Below, one piece after another: positions 27,521 through 35,955 of a DNA stretch of 55,162 bases. Within the stretch, counting starts at the first letter, position 1. Every line of letters begins with the position of its first letter. Origin of the DNA: a virus. Lineage: Duplodnaviria; Heunggongvirae; Uroviricota; Caudoviricetes. The stretch lies in IMG/VR virus record IMGVR_UViG_3300029718_000386. One strand, written 5' to 3'. A model generated the notes under the pieces. It made no database searches. It was given only the letters and a program-made list of their open reading frames with translations, and was not told where the DNA came from. Made by a program: the position numbers and the translations under genes.

Positions 27521-28504
27521 TTAAATCAAGTTCCAATTTACAAGCAGACTCTCAATGTTCTGTTTGAGCTCGTCATAATCATCGCCAGTGATCACAGCGT
27601 CCTTTTCGGATGTGTCCTTTTCTTTTGGATCTCCAAAGCAAACATTTCTCTCTTCCAGGAAGTCCTCGAAAAGATCAATAAACTGCCCGTACATCTCTTC
27701 TTTGTCCGCTTGTGTAAGCGGTTCTTTTAAGATGCCTTGACGATCAGGTTCATAGATAAGCCAATTCAGACCCATGAAACACAGGGCGGCTTTGTTCAGA
27801 TAAAAATCACTACCCATTTCATCAAAATCGTCAATGACATCCGGTTGCAGGTCTTTAAGAAGTTGAGCGTATGACGTATACTTAGTAAAGAAGTTATGAA
27901 TCTGTCCGTTGGATATTAAATTATCCCACCAATCTCGAAAACTCCAATCGGGGTCTTTCTTCAAACGTGTGATTTCATCATTCACACCGTAGATAGACAG
28001 AAAAATCATATTTTGCACTTCAACAAGAGCGCAAGCACTCATTGTTTTCAAGATTTCTTTGCATAATAGCCTTTCTGCAAAATCGATCAGATCTGCTTGG
28101 TTAATTTCAGCAGTCAACCCAATAGGATAAATCCATTTTTCTGGTGTAATGCCTCGAAGAAGATGGCGAAACTCTTTTGAAGTTAACAAATAACCGACCG
28201 CTGCATCGTAGTCGCCAAACTCGATGTCGTTATCGTCGCATCTTGTATCCAGATCTTCCAAAAAACAACTCTGATGAAAATCCTCGAAAGCATCCATCAC
28301 TTTTTCCAGATTATCAAAGTAATAACCATCAACATCCTTTTGACCATAGGTGTTGCTGTTTTCTTCATCTTTGATAAAAAAGTAATTTCCTCTTTCATCA
28401 GTCTGTACCGTCAATTGTAAAGACTCATCATGCAATATTGTTGCAAGTGCGTTGATTGCTGACCGTTCTTGGTGATCGTTGCCCAGGACATAATAATTTT
28501 CCAT
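27521..28504 (-). CDS. Hypothetical highly acidic protein
   Basis: Start MENYY at 28504 after GAAAGGAG. Confidence 0.75.
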   Translation of the reverse strand: MENYYVLGNDHQERSAINALATILHDESLQLTVQTDERGNYFFIKDEENSNTYGQKDVDGYYFDNLEKVMDAFEDFHQSCFLEDLDTRCDDNDIEFGDYDAAVGYLLTSKEFRHLLRGITPEKWIYPIGLTAEINQADLIDFAERLLCKEILKTMSACALVEVQNMIFLSIYGVNDEITRLKKDPDWSFRDWWDNLISNGQIHNFFTKYTSYAQLLKDLQPDVIDDFDEMGSDFYLNKAALCFMGLNWLIYEPDRQGILKEPLTQADKEEMYGQFIDLFEDFLEERNVCFGDPKEKDTSEKDAVITGDDYDELKQNIESLLVNWNLI

Positions 28505-28809
28505 ATTTTCTCCTTTCGGTTTGCTCATACAATGAGCATATAATGTTTTTTTGTGTAAAAAAATTGCGGTCATCCGAAGATAACCGCTTCTAAACCGCCT
28601 AACCTCAAAGCTTCCCTGATCGTGGGAGATCTACTATTAGGTGATATTATTAACTATATTCTAATTATAACACAAAACAAAGAAGTGGTGAAATTTATAA
28701 TTCACAAAACATACTTAGTATTGCTGAAGTTAATCAAAATTAAAGAAGCCGCCATTGGGCGGCTTCTAGTTAGAAATTAGTATATATGCAGAGCTTTCTT
28801 GATATTGAT

Positions 28810-29184
28810 TTACCAAATATCGTCCACATCATCGTCACCCGCAAAGTGCACCAGGTTAGTGTACTTGATTTTTGCCTTACCGTTCTGATCAACATAATCT
28901 CTTGAAATGATGCGATCAAAAATGTCCACTGCAGGTGTAGTATCCTCAGCGCAGTCCAAGTCAATGCCAAAACACTCGTCGCCGGTTGAATCATCAACAA
29001 ACAGCTCACCGACATAACAAACCTCATAGCGCAAATCTAAGTCTTCTTTGCTGATATTGAGAGCAGAAAGTAACTTTGTAGCTCTTCCACCTGCATTCAG
29101 CCATTGTTCGCATTTTGCGTGCAAGTCTCTGATTGCAGATTTCTCTCCTCGAAAGTACATTGTTACGGAACAAATATTCTTCAT
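28810..29184 (-). CDS. Hypothetical protein, first gene after leader C
   Basis: GAAAGGA RBS; terminator at 28743-28768. Confidence 0.75.
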   Translation of the reverse strand: MKNICSVTMYFRGEKSAIRDLHAKCEQWLNAGGRATKLLSALNISKEDLDLRYEVCYVGELFVDDSTGDECFGIDLDCAEDTTPAVDIFDRIISRDYVDQNGKAKIKYTNLVHFAGDDDVDDIW

Positions 29185-29190
29185 GTGTCG

Positions 29191-29300
29191 TTTCCTTTCA
29201 AAATTATAATTTTATAATAAGAAAAAGCATAAGAAAGCAGCCACCTCAAAAGAAATGACCGCCTTAATGAATAACTTATCAATGCAATTATAACACACTT
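29191..29300 (-). promoter_or_regulatory. Repeated leader, copy C
   Basis: TG-T-TATAAT, ATAAGTTA, hairpin AAGGCGGTCATTTC/GAGGTGGCTGCTTT, CTTAT, GAAAGGA. Confidence 0.7.
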
Positions 29301-29306
29301 TTAACA

Positions 29307-29930
29307 TCAGAACAACATCATCAACATGGGCACTACAATCATTGCGTACAGACCAACGCAGGTAATACCGGCTGCCCACATTTTGATATTCTTTACGACA
29401 CGATGTCTATACCCTGCCCAGTCGATAACAGAACCGCACTCCACATCAGGCTCTGTGAACATGCATTCCTGAAAAGCGCTTTCGTATGCATTGTCACAAT
29501 TTACTATGCCGTCTTCGATTTCAGACTTCAATTCTTGTAGCTTTCGCATATATCGTTTTGTGACCCCTGCCATGATGTACGCATTAGACAGATTATCAGC
29601 CAAAGTCAATAAATATTCCTTACAATTAGCATCTTGCAGATTTTTCAACACACTCGTAAACAAATCGCTACACTGCTTATAACCGGATTTTGTAAGAATA
29701 GTATGCTTTTGAAGTTCGTGAGACTTGATCTTTTTTAGCATTTTAACAAGTCCAACGGTCGGGATAAGGATGATTGCTGCAATAGCAGCCACATATAAAA
29801 TCCCAATACCAAGTACTAAAAACTCGTAACCAATTGTTTTAAAGCAATCGGTCCAGGTGGCATTAGAACCTCCAAGGCTCGTTAATGAATCTGTTGCCCG
29901 ATGCAATAGGTCTAAGTATTTGTACAACAT
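29307..29930 (-). CDS. Membrane protein, unknown function
   Basis: N- and C-terminal TM segments; AGAAAGGA RBS. Confidence 0.75.
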   Translation of the reverse strand: MLYKYLDLLHRATDSLTSLGGSNATWTDCFKTIGYEFLVLGIGILYVAAIAAIILIPTVGLVKMLKKIKSHELQKHTILTKSGYKQCSDLFTSVLKNLQDANCKEYLLTLADNLSNAYIMAGVTKRYMRKLQELKSEIEDGIVNCDNAYESAFQECMFTEPDVECGSVIDWAGYRHRVVKNIKMWAAGITCVGLYAMIVVPMLMMLF

Positions 29931-29987
29931 TTTGATTTTCCTTTCTATTTTCTAATACAAGATGCTTCGACCAGGCATTTGATATTA

Positions 29988-30167
29988 CTACTTAAACACA
30001 CATATCAGAATCGGAATTGAGTAAATGGCGAGGAATATAAGCCATAACGTTTCCGTCCTATTATTTGATATTAAATTTCTGAATCGCAAGCTCATTATTA
30101 TTGTACAAGATACAACTCCCGATGCAATTACAGCCAAACAAATAATCAGTATACTTATCGTATTCAT
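29988..30167 (-). CDS. Small two-TM protein
   Basis: Two hydrophobic helices; GAAAGG RBS. Confidence 0.55.
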   Translation of the reverse strand: MNTISILIICLAVIASGVVSCTIIMSLRFRNLISNNRTETLWLIFLAIYSIPILICVFK

Positions 30168-30392
30168 TGAAAAGCCTTTCCGTTTCTCTTGATTATTGAA
30201 ATTGTACCAGAATCGATTTTTTGAGCGAAAGGAGTCAGAGATAAGTGAACACACCAAACGACTCTGGTACATAGTGTGTTATTATTCTCTGCTGACTATT
30301 AATACTGCAGTTTTTAAAAAGAGAAAAAATCAGACAATTGAAAAAACAAAAAAACAGAGCAGAACCCAATGTTCTACCCTGTTTCGTTTAAA

Positions 30393-30662
30393 TTAAGCCG
30401 TCATGTGTTCTTTAATGGATTGAATCATCTTTTGACAATCCTCTCGACTGTCCGGATTCTCGTCAGCATAGGATTGCAAGCACATGACTACACCTTTGCA
30501 ATAATGTACGCTTTGCAGAAATCTTGCTTCTCGGGCAACCCGCTCTTCGTCTGTTTCTCCAAGTTCACACATGTCCTCGTACTCATAAAAATCAATATCT
30601 TTCATAAACGCACGAAGTTTTTCAGCCAACAGCTCGTCGTATTGCAATACTTCCTTACACAT
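30393..30662 (-). CDS. Hypothetical protein
   Basis: AAGGAG RBS; overlaps the end of gmk. Confidence 0.7.
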   Translation of the reverse strand: MCKEVLQYDELLAEKLRAFMKDIDFYEYEDMCELGETDEERVAREARFLQSVHYCKGVVMCLQSYADENPDSREDCQKMIQSIKEHMTA

Positions 30663-31221
30663 TTTCGATCTCCTTTTTGCTATTGTCAGCTTCATACCAC
30701 CAATTAAGCGTCTCGATGATATGCTTCATTTGCTTTAAGATTTCAAATTGTGACTGTGTTGCATCAATCTCATAATCACAATCTTTTAGAAAATTCTTAA
30801 AAGCCTTTTTGTCGTGTCTCAATCGAGTACAAGCTTCCTTTTTTGTATCTCCCCTCTTAAGTATGCGTTCTTTGCATACACTTGCAGGGCAAGAAAAAGC
30901 AATGGCCACGATTTTCTTTGGACCGTCATAATGCTCTTTTAAATATCTAAGACCTGCCGGATCAACTACAAACAAATCGTTCTCTTCGATAAGATTGCGT
31001 GTGACGCCGTAGAATGCCCCAGAAAAGGTTGTTTTCGTAATTAAGTCAAGTTTATCGAACTCGTCCTTAGAAACGAAAATATGGCCTTCCTCGCCCTCGT
31101 AGCGAGGCTCTCTGGTTGTGTATGATTGAACAGAATGATAACCCTCTGCTTCCAGCATTTCAGCAATTGTCGTTTTTCCGCAGCCGCTTGGGCCTACCAA
31201 GCAATATAAGACATTACTCAT
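30655..31221 (-). CDS. gmk: Guanylate kinase-like protein (short, phage-type)
   Basis: GPSGCGKTT, SYTTREPR, HIFVSKDEF, FYG, VVDPAG, RGD. Confidence 0.85.
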   Translation of the reverse strand: MSNVLYCLVGPSGCGKTTIAEMLEAEGYHSVQSYTTREPRYEGEEGHIFVSKDEFDKLDLITKTTFSGAFYGVTRNLIEENDLFVVDPAGLRYLKEHYDGPKKIVAIAFSCPASVCKERILKRGDTKKEACTRLRHDKKAFKNFLKDCDYEIDATQSQFEILKQMKHIIETLNWWYEADNSKKEIENV

Positions 31222-31351
31222 CTCGCCAGCCTCCTGTCGTAAAGTTGCTTTCCTCACTTAGCATTTCTACAAGCGCATGATAGGCAGCCGTAAGTAGGAA
31301 TCCGAAAAGGATGGTTAAAGCGGCAATGCCTATGATTTTAACGATATACAT
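31214..31351 (-). CDS. 45-aa single-TM peptide, not in the ORF track
   Basis: MYIVKIIGIAALTILFGFLLTAAY...; GAAAGGAG RBS. Confidence 0.55.
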   Translation of the reverse strand: MYIVKIIGIAALTILFGFLLTAAYHALVEMLSEESNFTTGGWRDE

Positions 31352-31422
31352 AATTTTTCTCCTTTCAACTCAGTTAACGGGATGTTTTTATTATTTTTTG
31401 TGTTTTTGTTCCCCTTAACTTT

Positions 31423-31653
31423 TTAAAACAAACTATCTTGATGTAAAATTCCTGCCTTTATTTCATTTATTACTTGTAGCAAAGCCAATTGACTGACTAA
31501 AAAATTTCCATATTGAGGAGTTTTTGCCCAATCTTCCCCATGTGACTCATAATCTTGATAAAGTTGAATTAATTGATCTAAAGAATAAAAACCTGTTCTA
31601 TATGTGCGTCTATAGTAGTTCTTCCATTTTTCTCTTTTAACGCCTTGCGCCAT
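31423..31653 (-). CDS. Hypothetical protein, first gene after leader D
   Basis: GAAAGGAG RBS. Confidence 0.7.
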   Translation of the reverse strand: MAQGVKREKWKNYYRRTYRTGFYSLDQLIQLYQDYESHGEDWAKTPQYGNFLVSQLALLQVINEIKAGILHQDSLF

Positions 31654-31660
31654 AATGTGA

Positions 31661-31770
31661 TTTTCTCCTTTCAAAAAATTGATATTTTAGAAATAAGTAC
31701 AAAAAAAGAACAGTCATCGCAAAAGATAACTGTTCTTGAATTAACTTATAACATAATTATATCAGATTTT
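31661..31770 (-). promoter_or_regulatory. Repeated leader, copy D
   Basis: Near-identical to copy B over ~75 bp (TG-A-TATAAT, hairpin AAGAACAGTTATC/GATGACTGTTCTT, T-tract). Confidence 0.8.
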
Positions 31771-31787
31771 TCAATCTTTATGAAATG

Positions 31788-32093
31788 CTATACTTTGAGG
31801 ACCTCCCTGTACCAGTAGTTGTCTGCTTCGTCTGATACATGCTCCAAAAACCAATCGGTAATTTCGACTTCTCCAATGCATGCTGCTTCGAAATCGAGCA
31901 CCGCCTGGTCATAAGCTTCCTGCGGGTTTTCTGCTGCAGCCGTGTAATACCACCTTCCATCTTTCAGATAGAACACCCCATCTGTTTCGAAAAGACCATT
32001 ACAGGTAAGCTCACCAATATCTCCGTCTTTAGCTTTCAAATAGCCCTGAACTACAAATGCAACCTCATATTGTGTTAAGTTTTGTTTTCTCAT
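31788..32093 (-). CDS. Hypothetical acidic protein
   Basis: GAAAGGAG RBS. Confidence 0.7.
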   Translation of the reverse strand: MRKQNLTQYEVAFVVQGYLKAKDGDIGELTCNGLFETDGVFYLKDGRWYYTAAAENPQEAYDQAVLDFEAACIGEVEITDWFLEHVSDEADNYWYREVLKV

Positions 32094-32114
32094 TTTTTCT
32101 CCTTTCAACTAAGT

Positions 32115-32444
32115 TCAAGGGATGTATTTATTCTCAATAGTTATTTTAGCTCTAACAACCAAGTCATCATCATAAAAACGAGTAAGACCGGCGTTAATAA
32201 TGCTAATAGCATTTACACAATTGATATTATATTCATTTAAGTCCTGAGCAAGAATTTTTAGATACAGGACACCATTACTAAAAAAACACTCTCTATCTTT
32301 TAATGTCCCGAAAGATGTTTCGCCTTCTTCTTTATAGCTAATGACTATGCATTTTTTCCCTCGATTAGCTCTACTGATAAGTGTCATTAATTGTTTCTTT
32401 TCTTCCGTAGAAAGATTATCAACATTGACATTAAAATTTTCCAT
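32115..32444 (-). CDS. Hypothetical phage-like protein
   Basis: AGGAGG RBS. Confidence 0.7.
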   Translation of the reverse strand: MENFNVNVDNLSTEEKKQLMTLISRANRGKKCIVISYKEEGETSFGTLKDRECFFSNGVLYLKILAQDLNEYNINCVNAISIINAGLTRFYDDDLVVRAKITIENKYIP

Positions 32445-32607
32445 ATAAACCTCCTGATTTTACAACTTATTTGCTCTGAAATTTACTTTTGCGAATACAA
32501 CTATTAAAAAGGTACAATACTCTCTATAAGACGAGTGACCATTAGTTACATCATAATCGGGTTCAATGGCTTTATAAAAACACAATCAGTATAGTCTTTA
32601 CAATTTT

Positions 32608-32829
32608 TCATAATTTTTCCTTATTTATAATTTGGTTTTTTCTCTTACCTGTGCCTTTTGCTCCAAAAATAATAATAATGTTTTCTTTTTGTTCACTTGT
32701 TATTACCTGGTAGCTAAAACCACACCCCCGATCAAATGGACGAAATATTGGTTTATGAAATGCTCTTTTAATTAAGAAGCCTTCTAATTTTACGCCATCA
32801 TCATTATAAATAGCCCTATATATTTTCAT
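32608..32829 (-). CDS. Hypothetical protein
   Basis: AAAGGAG RBS. Confidence 0.6.
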   Translation of the reverse strand: MKIYRAIYNDDGVKLEGFLIKRAFHKPIFRPFDRGCGFSYQVITSEQKENIIIIFGAKGTGKRKNQIINKEKL

Positions 32830-32928
32830 GCTTTTATTTTCTCCTTTGTGTTTGTCTTATTAACAGGATCAGTTGCACTAGTGAATAATGTTTTCCAAAT
32901 TCTTCATCAAAAGCGTTGCACTATGTCA

Positions 32929-33885
32929 TTAGAGAACATTCTCAATGTACTCTCTGTTTTGTGTGAAAATAGGTATTTCTGTATCTATTACCCACTTTTT
33001 CCTTGTTGTAAAGCCTTCACCATCATAAAGAGGGTTTTTCTTTTTTATTTCATCTGCAGAAAAGAATACATCTTTTCTCACACAGCACGAACCTCTTTTA
33101 AGTCGAGTAGGATAATTATTCCAATTAATGCCTTTTTCTTGAAAAAGCTTTTCTTGAAGTTCGTCACATGACAAATTATTAAGTTCGCCGTGTGAAAAAT
33201 ATGTATGTGCCACCTGTTGGATACTGTTTCTTGTAGCATCCTGCTGTCTCCAGATAAGATTATTACATATTTCTTCTTTCGGAATATTAAACGCCCTACA
33301 ATCGAACATAGCAGTATGAAATTTTGAATGATATTTTTCATATAAAAAATCTAGTTTATCACCTATAATATCATCATTAATGTCTAAAACATGCTCAATG
33401 CTTTGAAAAACAATACACTTCTCAACATCTTCTTCAAGTGCTGCTTTGTGTGCAAAGCTTCTCGACATATCGTTATAATATCTTGAAGCAAATGTTAAAC
33501 GCTTATAATAGTCTTGATAGGCTTTATAAAAAGCTTGATTAAACAACATCGTGGCCATTGAAGCAGTGATAGATTCAATTTTATTTTGACAAAAACCAAA
33601 CCAAGGATCAGCTTGTGTGTTTTGATCTAAAATCACTAGAGTGATTTCATCGCTTTGTGTATATCCCAAGACACAACCCGGTATCATTTCACAAAGTGTT
33701 TTCATCGTTTGACGCATTGCTTTTAACAAAATTTCATCATCAAAAGGCTTTGCAAATCCCTTAGTGAAAGTATGAAATGCTCTGCCATCAATTCTTAGCA
33801 TAACAGGTACTCTCGGTGTTAAATAGTGCCTGCTTGACTTTTCGTATCCTTTCATACGAGTTGCAATATCTTTAGTATTTTTCAT
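32929..33885 (-). CDS. tRNA(His) guanylyltransferase Thg1-like protein (3'-5' polymerase family)
   Basis: RMKGYE, RIDGRAFHTFT, YTQSDEI, FDCRAF, WRQQDATRNS, GINWN.YP..KRG. Confidence 0.92.
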   Translation of the reverse strand: MKNTKDIATRMKGYEKSSRHYLTPRVPVMLRIDGRAFHTFTKGFAKPFDDEILLKAMRQTMKTLCEMIPGCVLGYTQSDEITLVILDQNTQADPWFGFCQNKIESITASMATMLFNQAFYKAYQDYYKRLTFASRYYNDMSRSFAHKAALEEDVEKCIVFQSIEHVLDINDDIIGDKLDFLYEKYHSKFHTAMFDCRAFNIPKEEICNNLIWRQQDATRNSIQQVAHTYFSHGELNNLSCDELQEKLFQEKGINWNNYPTRLKRGSCCVRKDVFFSADEIKKKNPLYDGEGFTTRKKWVIDTEIPIFTQNREYIENVL

Positions 33886-33889
33886 ATTT

Positions 33890-33956
33890 TTTTCCTTTCA
33901 AAAAATTGATATTTTTAAAAATAAGTACAAAAAAGAACAGCTATCGCAAAAGATAT
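33890..33956 (-). promoter_or_regulatory. Repeated leader, copy E (5' half and promoter missing)
   Basis: Matches copy D from the RBS to the hairpin loop, then the homology stops. Confidence 0.75.
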
Positions 33957-34372
33957 CGATTTTTCTTTGAACACGTTGTCTCATTGGCCTCTCGCCATAA
34001 GAAAATCATTTCATCAAGAATTTTGCCCCACTTGTCATGGCACGTGCCCACCTTATCTCCGTCTTCATTGAAATCTTCAAGCACAACCGGAGAACCATGA
34101 CGAGTATTTTTCAGTTCCGTAAGCATCGCCGGGAACAAATCTTCCAAAAAATCACACATAGACCAAACATCTCTGTCACAATAACCCTTTATCGCTCTCT
34201 GCTTTGAATATTTCAGCGATTTGGACAGTTGCTTAAAGAACCCTATTACCTTGATTTTTTCTCCGTAACCAGACATTGCAAATTCTTGACCATTCCAAAC
34301 ATTAATGAAATTATCATCATTATATAAATTTTCTAAAAATTTTGCTTTGATTTTTCTAAACATACTGTTCAC
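33941..34372 (-). CDS. Hypothetical phage-like protein, probably C-terminally truncated
   Basis: GYCDRDVWS...W.KILDEMIFL; its stop codon lies inside leader copy E. Confidence 0.65.
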   Translation of the reverse strand: MNSMFRKIKAKFLENLYNDDNFINVWNGQEFAMSGYGEKIKVIGFFKQLSKSLKYSKQRAIKGYCDRDVWSMCDFLEDLFPAMLTELKNTRHGSPVVLEDFNEDGDKVGTCHDKWGKILDEMIFLWREANETTCSKKNRYLLR

Positions 34373-34394
34373 CTCTATATTCTCGAATAAATGC

Positions 34395-34542
34395 AGAAAA
34401 AGAGCGCCTGCTTAATTGCAAGTGCTCTTTCTCCCAGGTCTTACCTGAAACATTGAACCACTGTTGGTTCAATCTCTGTCTACACGCGCAATTTCGGCCT
34501 TGCGCTATCTACACACCATAAGGCTATCTAAAAGCCTCTGGC
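34395..34542 (-). ncRNA. Putative structured RNA (four hairpins plus terminator), family unknown
   Basis: TG-G-TATAAT promoter (34557..34549); consecutive stems; terminator AGAGCACTTGC/GCAGGCGCTCT plus T-tract; no ORF. Confidence 0.55.
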
Positions 34543-34570
34543 AATATAATTATACCACAGAAAACCCTTC

Positions 34571-35095
34571 TTATTCTTGAGCCAAGATATACGGGATTTG
34601 ATCAGCAGATATTTCCCCGGCAAGAAACATTTCCAGCGCCAGCTTTACATGTACAAGCGACTCCAATATTACAGAAAAACAATGTTCTAAATAAGAATAA
34701 TTAACCTCAGCATAAGCTGTATGCAGAGAATCAATTAAAACCACTTGATTTCCATTGAACTCGTACACAAGTTTCTGGTCCATAATCAGTGAGTTAATTA
34801 CATTTACACCCACAAGGATTTCTTTCATCTGTTCTCGGTTCACTTCCGGAATAATAATAAAATCCATACAGACATTTCCGGTTTCTTTGCTAATGGAAAC
34901 AATAAACTCGGTGTGCAGCTCTGTCTCGTCTCGAAGCACAACGCCTACGCCGGACGCCATGTACATGATTACACTGTCTGAAGAAATCTTTCGATACGGC
35001 AAATGCTGATTTTTTAACAGCTTCTCAATTCTTGATTTGTTAACCTCTGCGACAGATTTGTATGATTTGCTTACTGAATGCTGATTGTTTGACAT
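34571..35095 (-). CDS. Hypothetical protein, possibly YbjN-like fold
   Basis: 174-aa ORF; fold assignment is weak. Confidence 0.6.
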   Translation of the reverse strand: MSNNQHSVSKSYKSVAEVNKSRIEKLLKNQHLPYRKISSDSVIMYMASGVGVVLRDETELHTEFIVSISKETGNVCMDFIIIPEVNREQMKEILVGVNVINSLIMDQKLVYEFNGNQVVLIDSLHTAYAEVNYSYLEHCFSVILESLVHVKLALEMFLAGEISADQIPYILAQE

Positions 35096-35280
35096 AATGA
35101 CTCTATTGTGTGTTGACCTTTCTTAAGTATAACGCTATTTAGCATCTTCTGTCTATTAATACTGCAATTTATGAAAAAAGAAAAAAGAGCCAGCTTTGTA
35201 CTATCTCCTTTTGTTAGCAAAATTCTTAGCATATTTTGAGTAAATTCGAACATTTTAAGGCTATTTAGCAAAATTGCTAT

Positions 35281-35772
35281 TTATTCTGTTTCAAGTTTTG
35301 AGCAGATATAATGTAATCCATCATATTCAATTCTTTCATTGCACTCAGAAAAGCATTCTGCAATACTTATGTTAACTAATTCCAAAATATATTTCGGACA
35401 TTTTAGCACTCCTAAATATTCATTTAGAAAATCAGTATAATCTGCAGGCGAAGTAATTCCGTTTTGTTCTAATTCTTCTTGGGAAAGTGGCAAACGATGT
35501 GTTTTTGTGTGAATTTCAATTTCTGTTGAAATAAGATCCGCGAATGAATATATCATCATTATAAAAAGTGCCATAAAACCACAATATATACATATTGTAG
35601 TGAAATCCTTGTGAAGACAACACCCAACTATTGCCGTTACAACAGTAGGCAAGACAATAGACAGGTATAGTCGAATCTCAAAAGCGTGTTCCCGGATTTT
35701 CTTTTTAACATAAACCCTTCGGTATTCTCTTAATTCTTTGGATTTGTCGGACAAATTGGCATAATCTTGCAT
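35281..35772 (-). CDS. Two-TM membrane protein, paralog of 25822..26394
   Basis: AGGAGG RBS; two TM, then LPL...DY..FLNE.L. Confidence 0.75.
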   Translation of the reverse strand: MQDYANLSDKSKELREYRRVYVKKKIREHAFEIRLYLSIVLPTVVTAIVGCCLHKDFTTICIYCGFMALFIMMIYSFADLISTEIEIHTKTHRLPLSQEELEQNGITSPADYTDFLNEYLGVLKCPKYILELVNISIAECFSECNERIEYDGLHYICSKLETE

Positions 35773-35955
35773 TTGAAATCCTCCTAATTCTAAATTTGCT
35801 AATATTGTATTGTATTTTTTTCAAATCTGGCGAACACCTCTCTGTTGTGTTCTATACGGATATTTATTTTTTCTAACACCTTTCGTTGTATTAATACCAC
35901 TTTTGTGAAAAAACAGAAAAGGTCATACAAAATGTGCGGCTTTTTTATAAAAAAA

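Noticed and set aside
20983..33956. Repeated leaders as a CRISPR array or integron attC sites
   Set aside because: Spacing is kilobases, there is no cas gene or integron integrase, no RYYYAAC/GTTRRRY ends, and the repeats contain promoters and RBSs
22524..34372. Intact prophage
   Set aside because: No terminase, portal, capsid, tail, lysis or repressor genes
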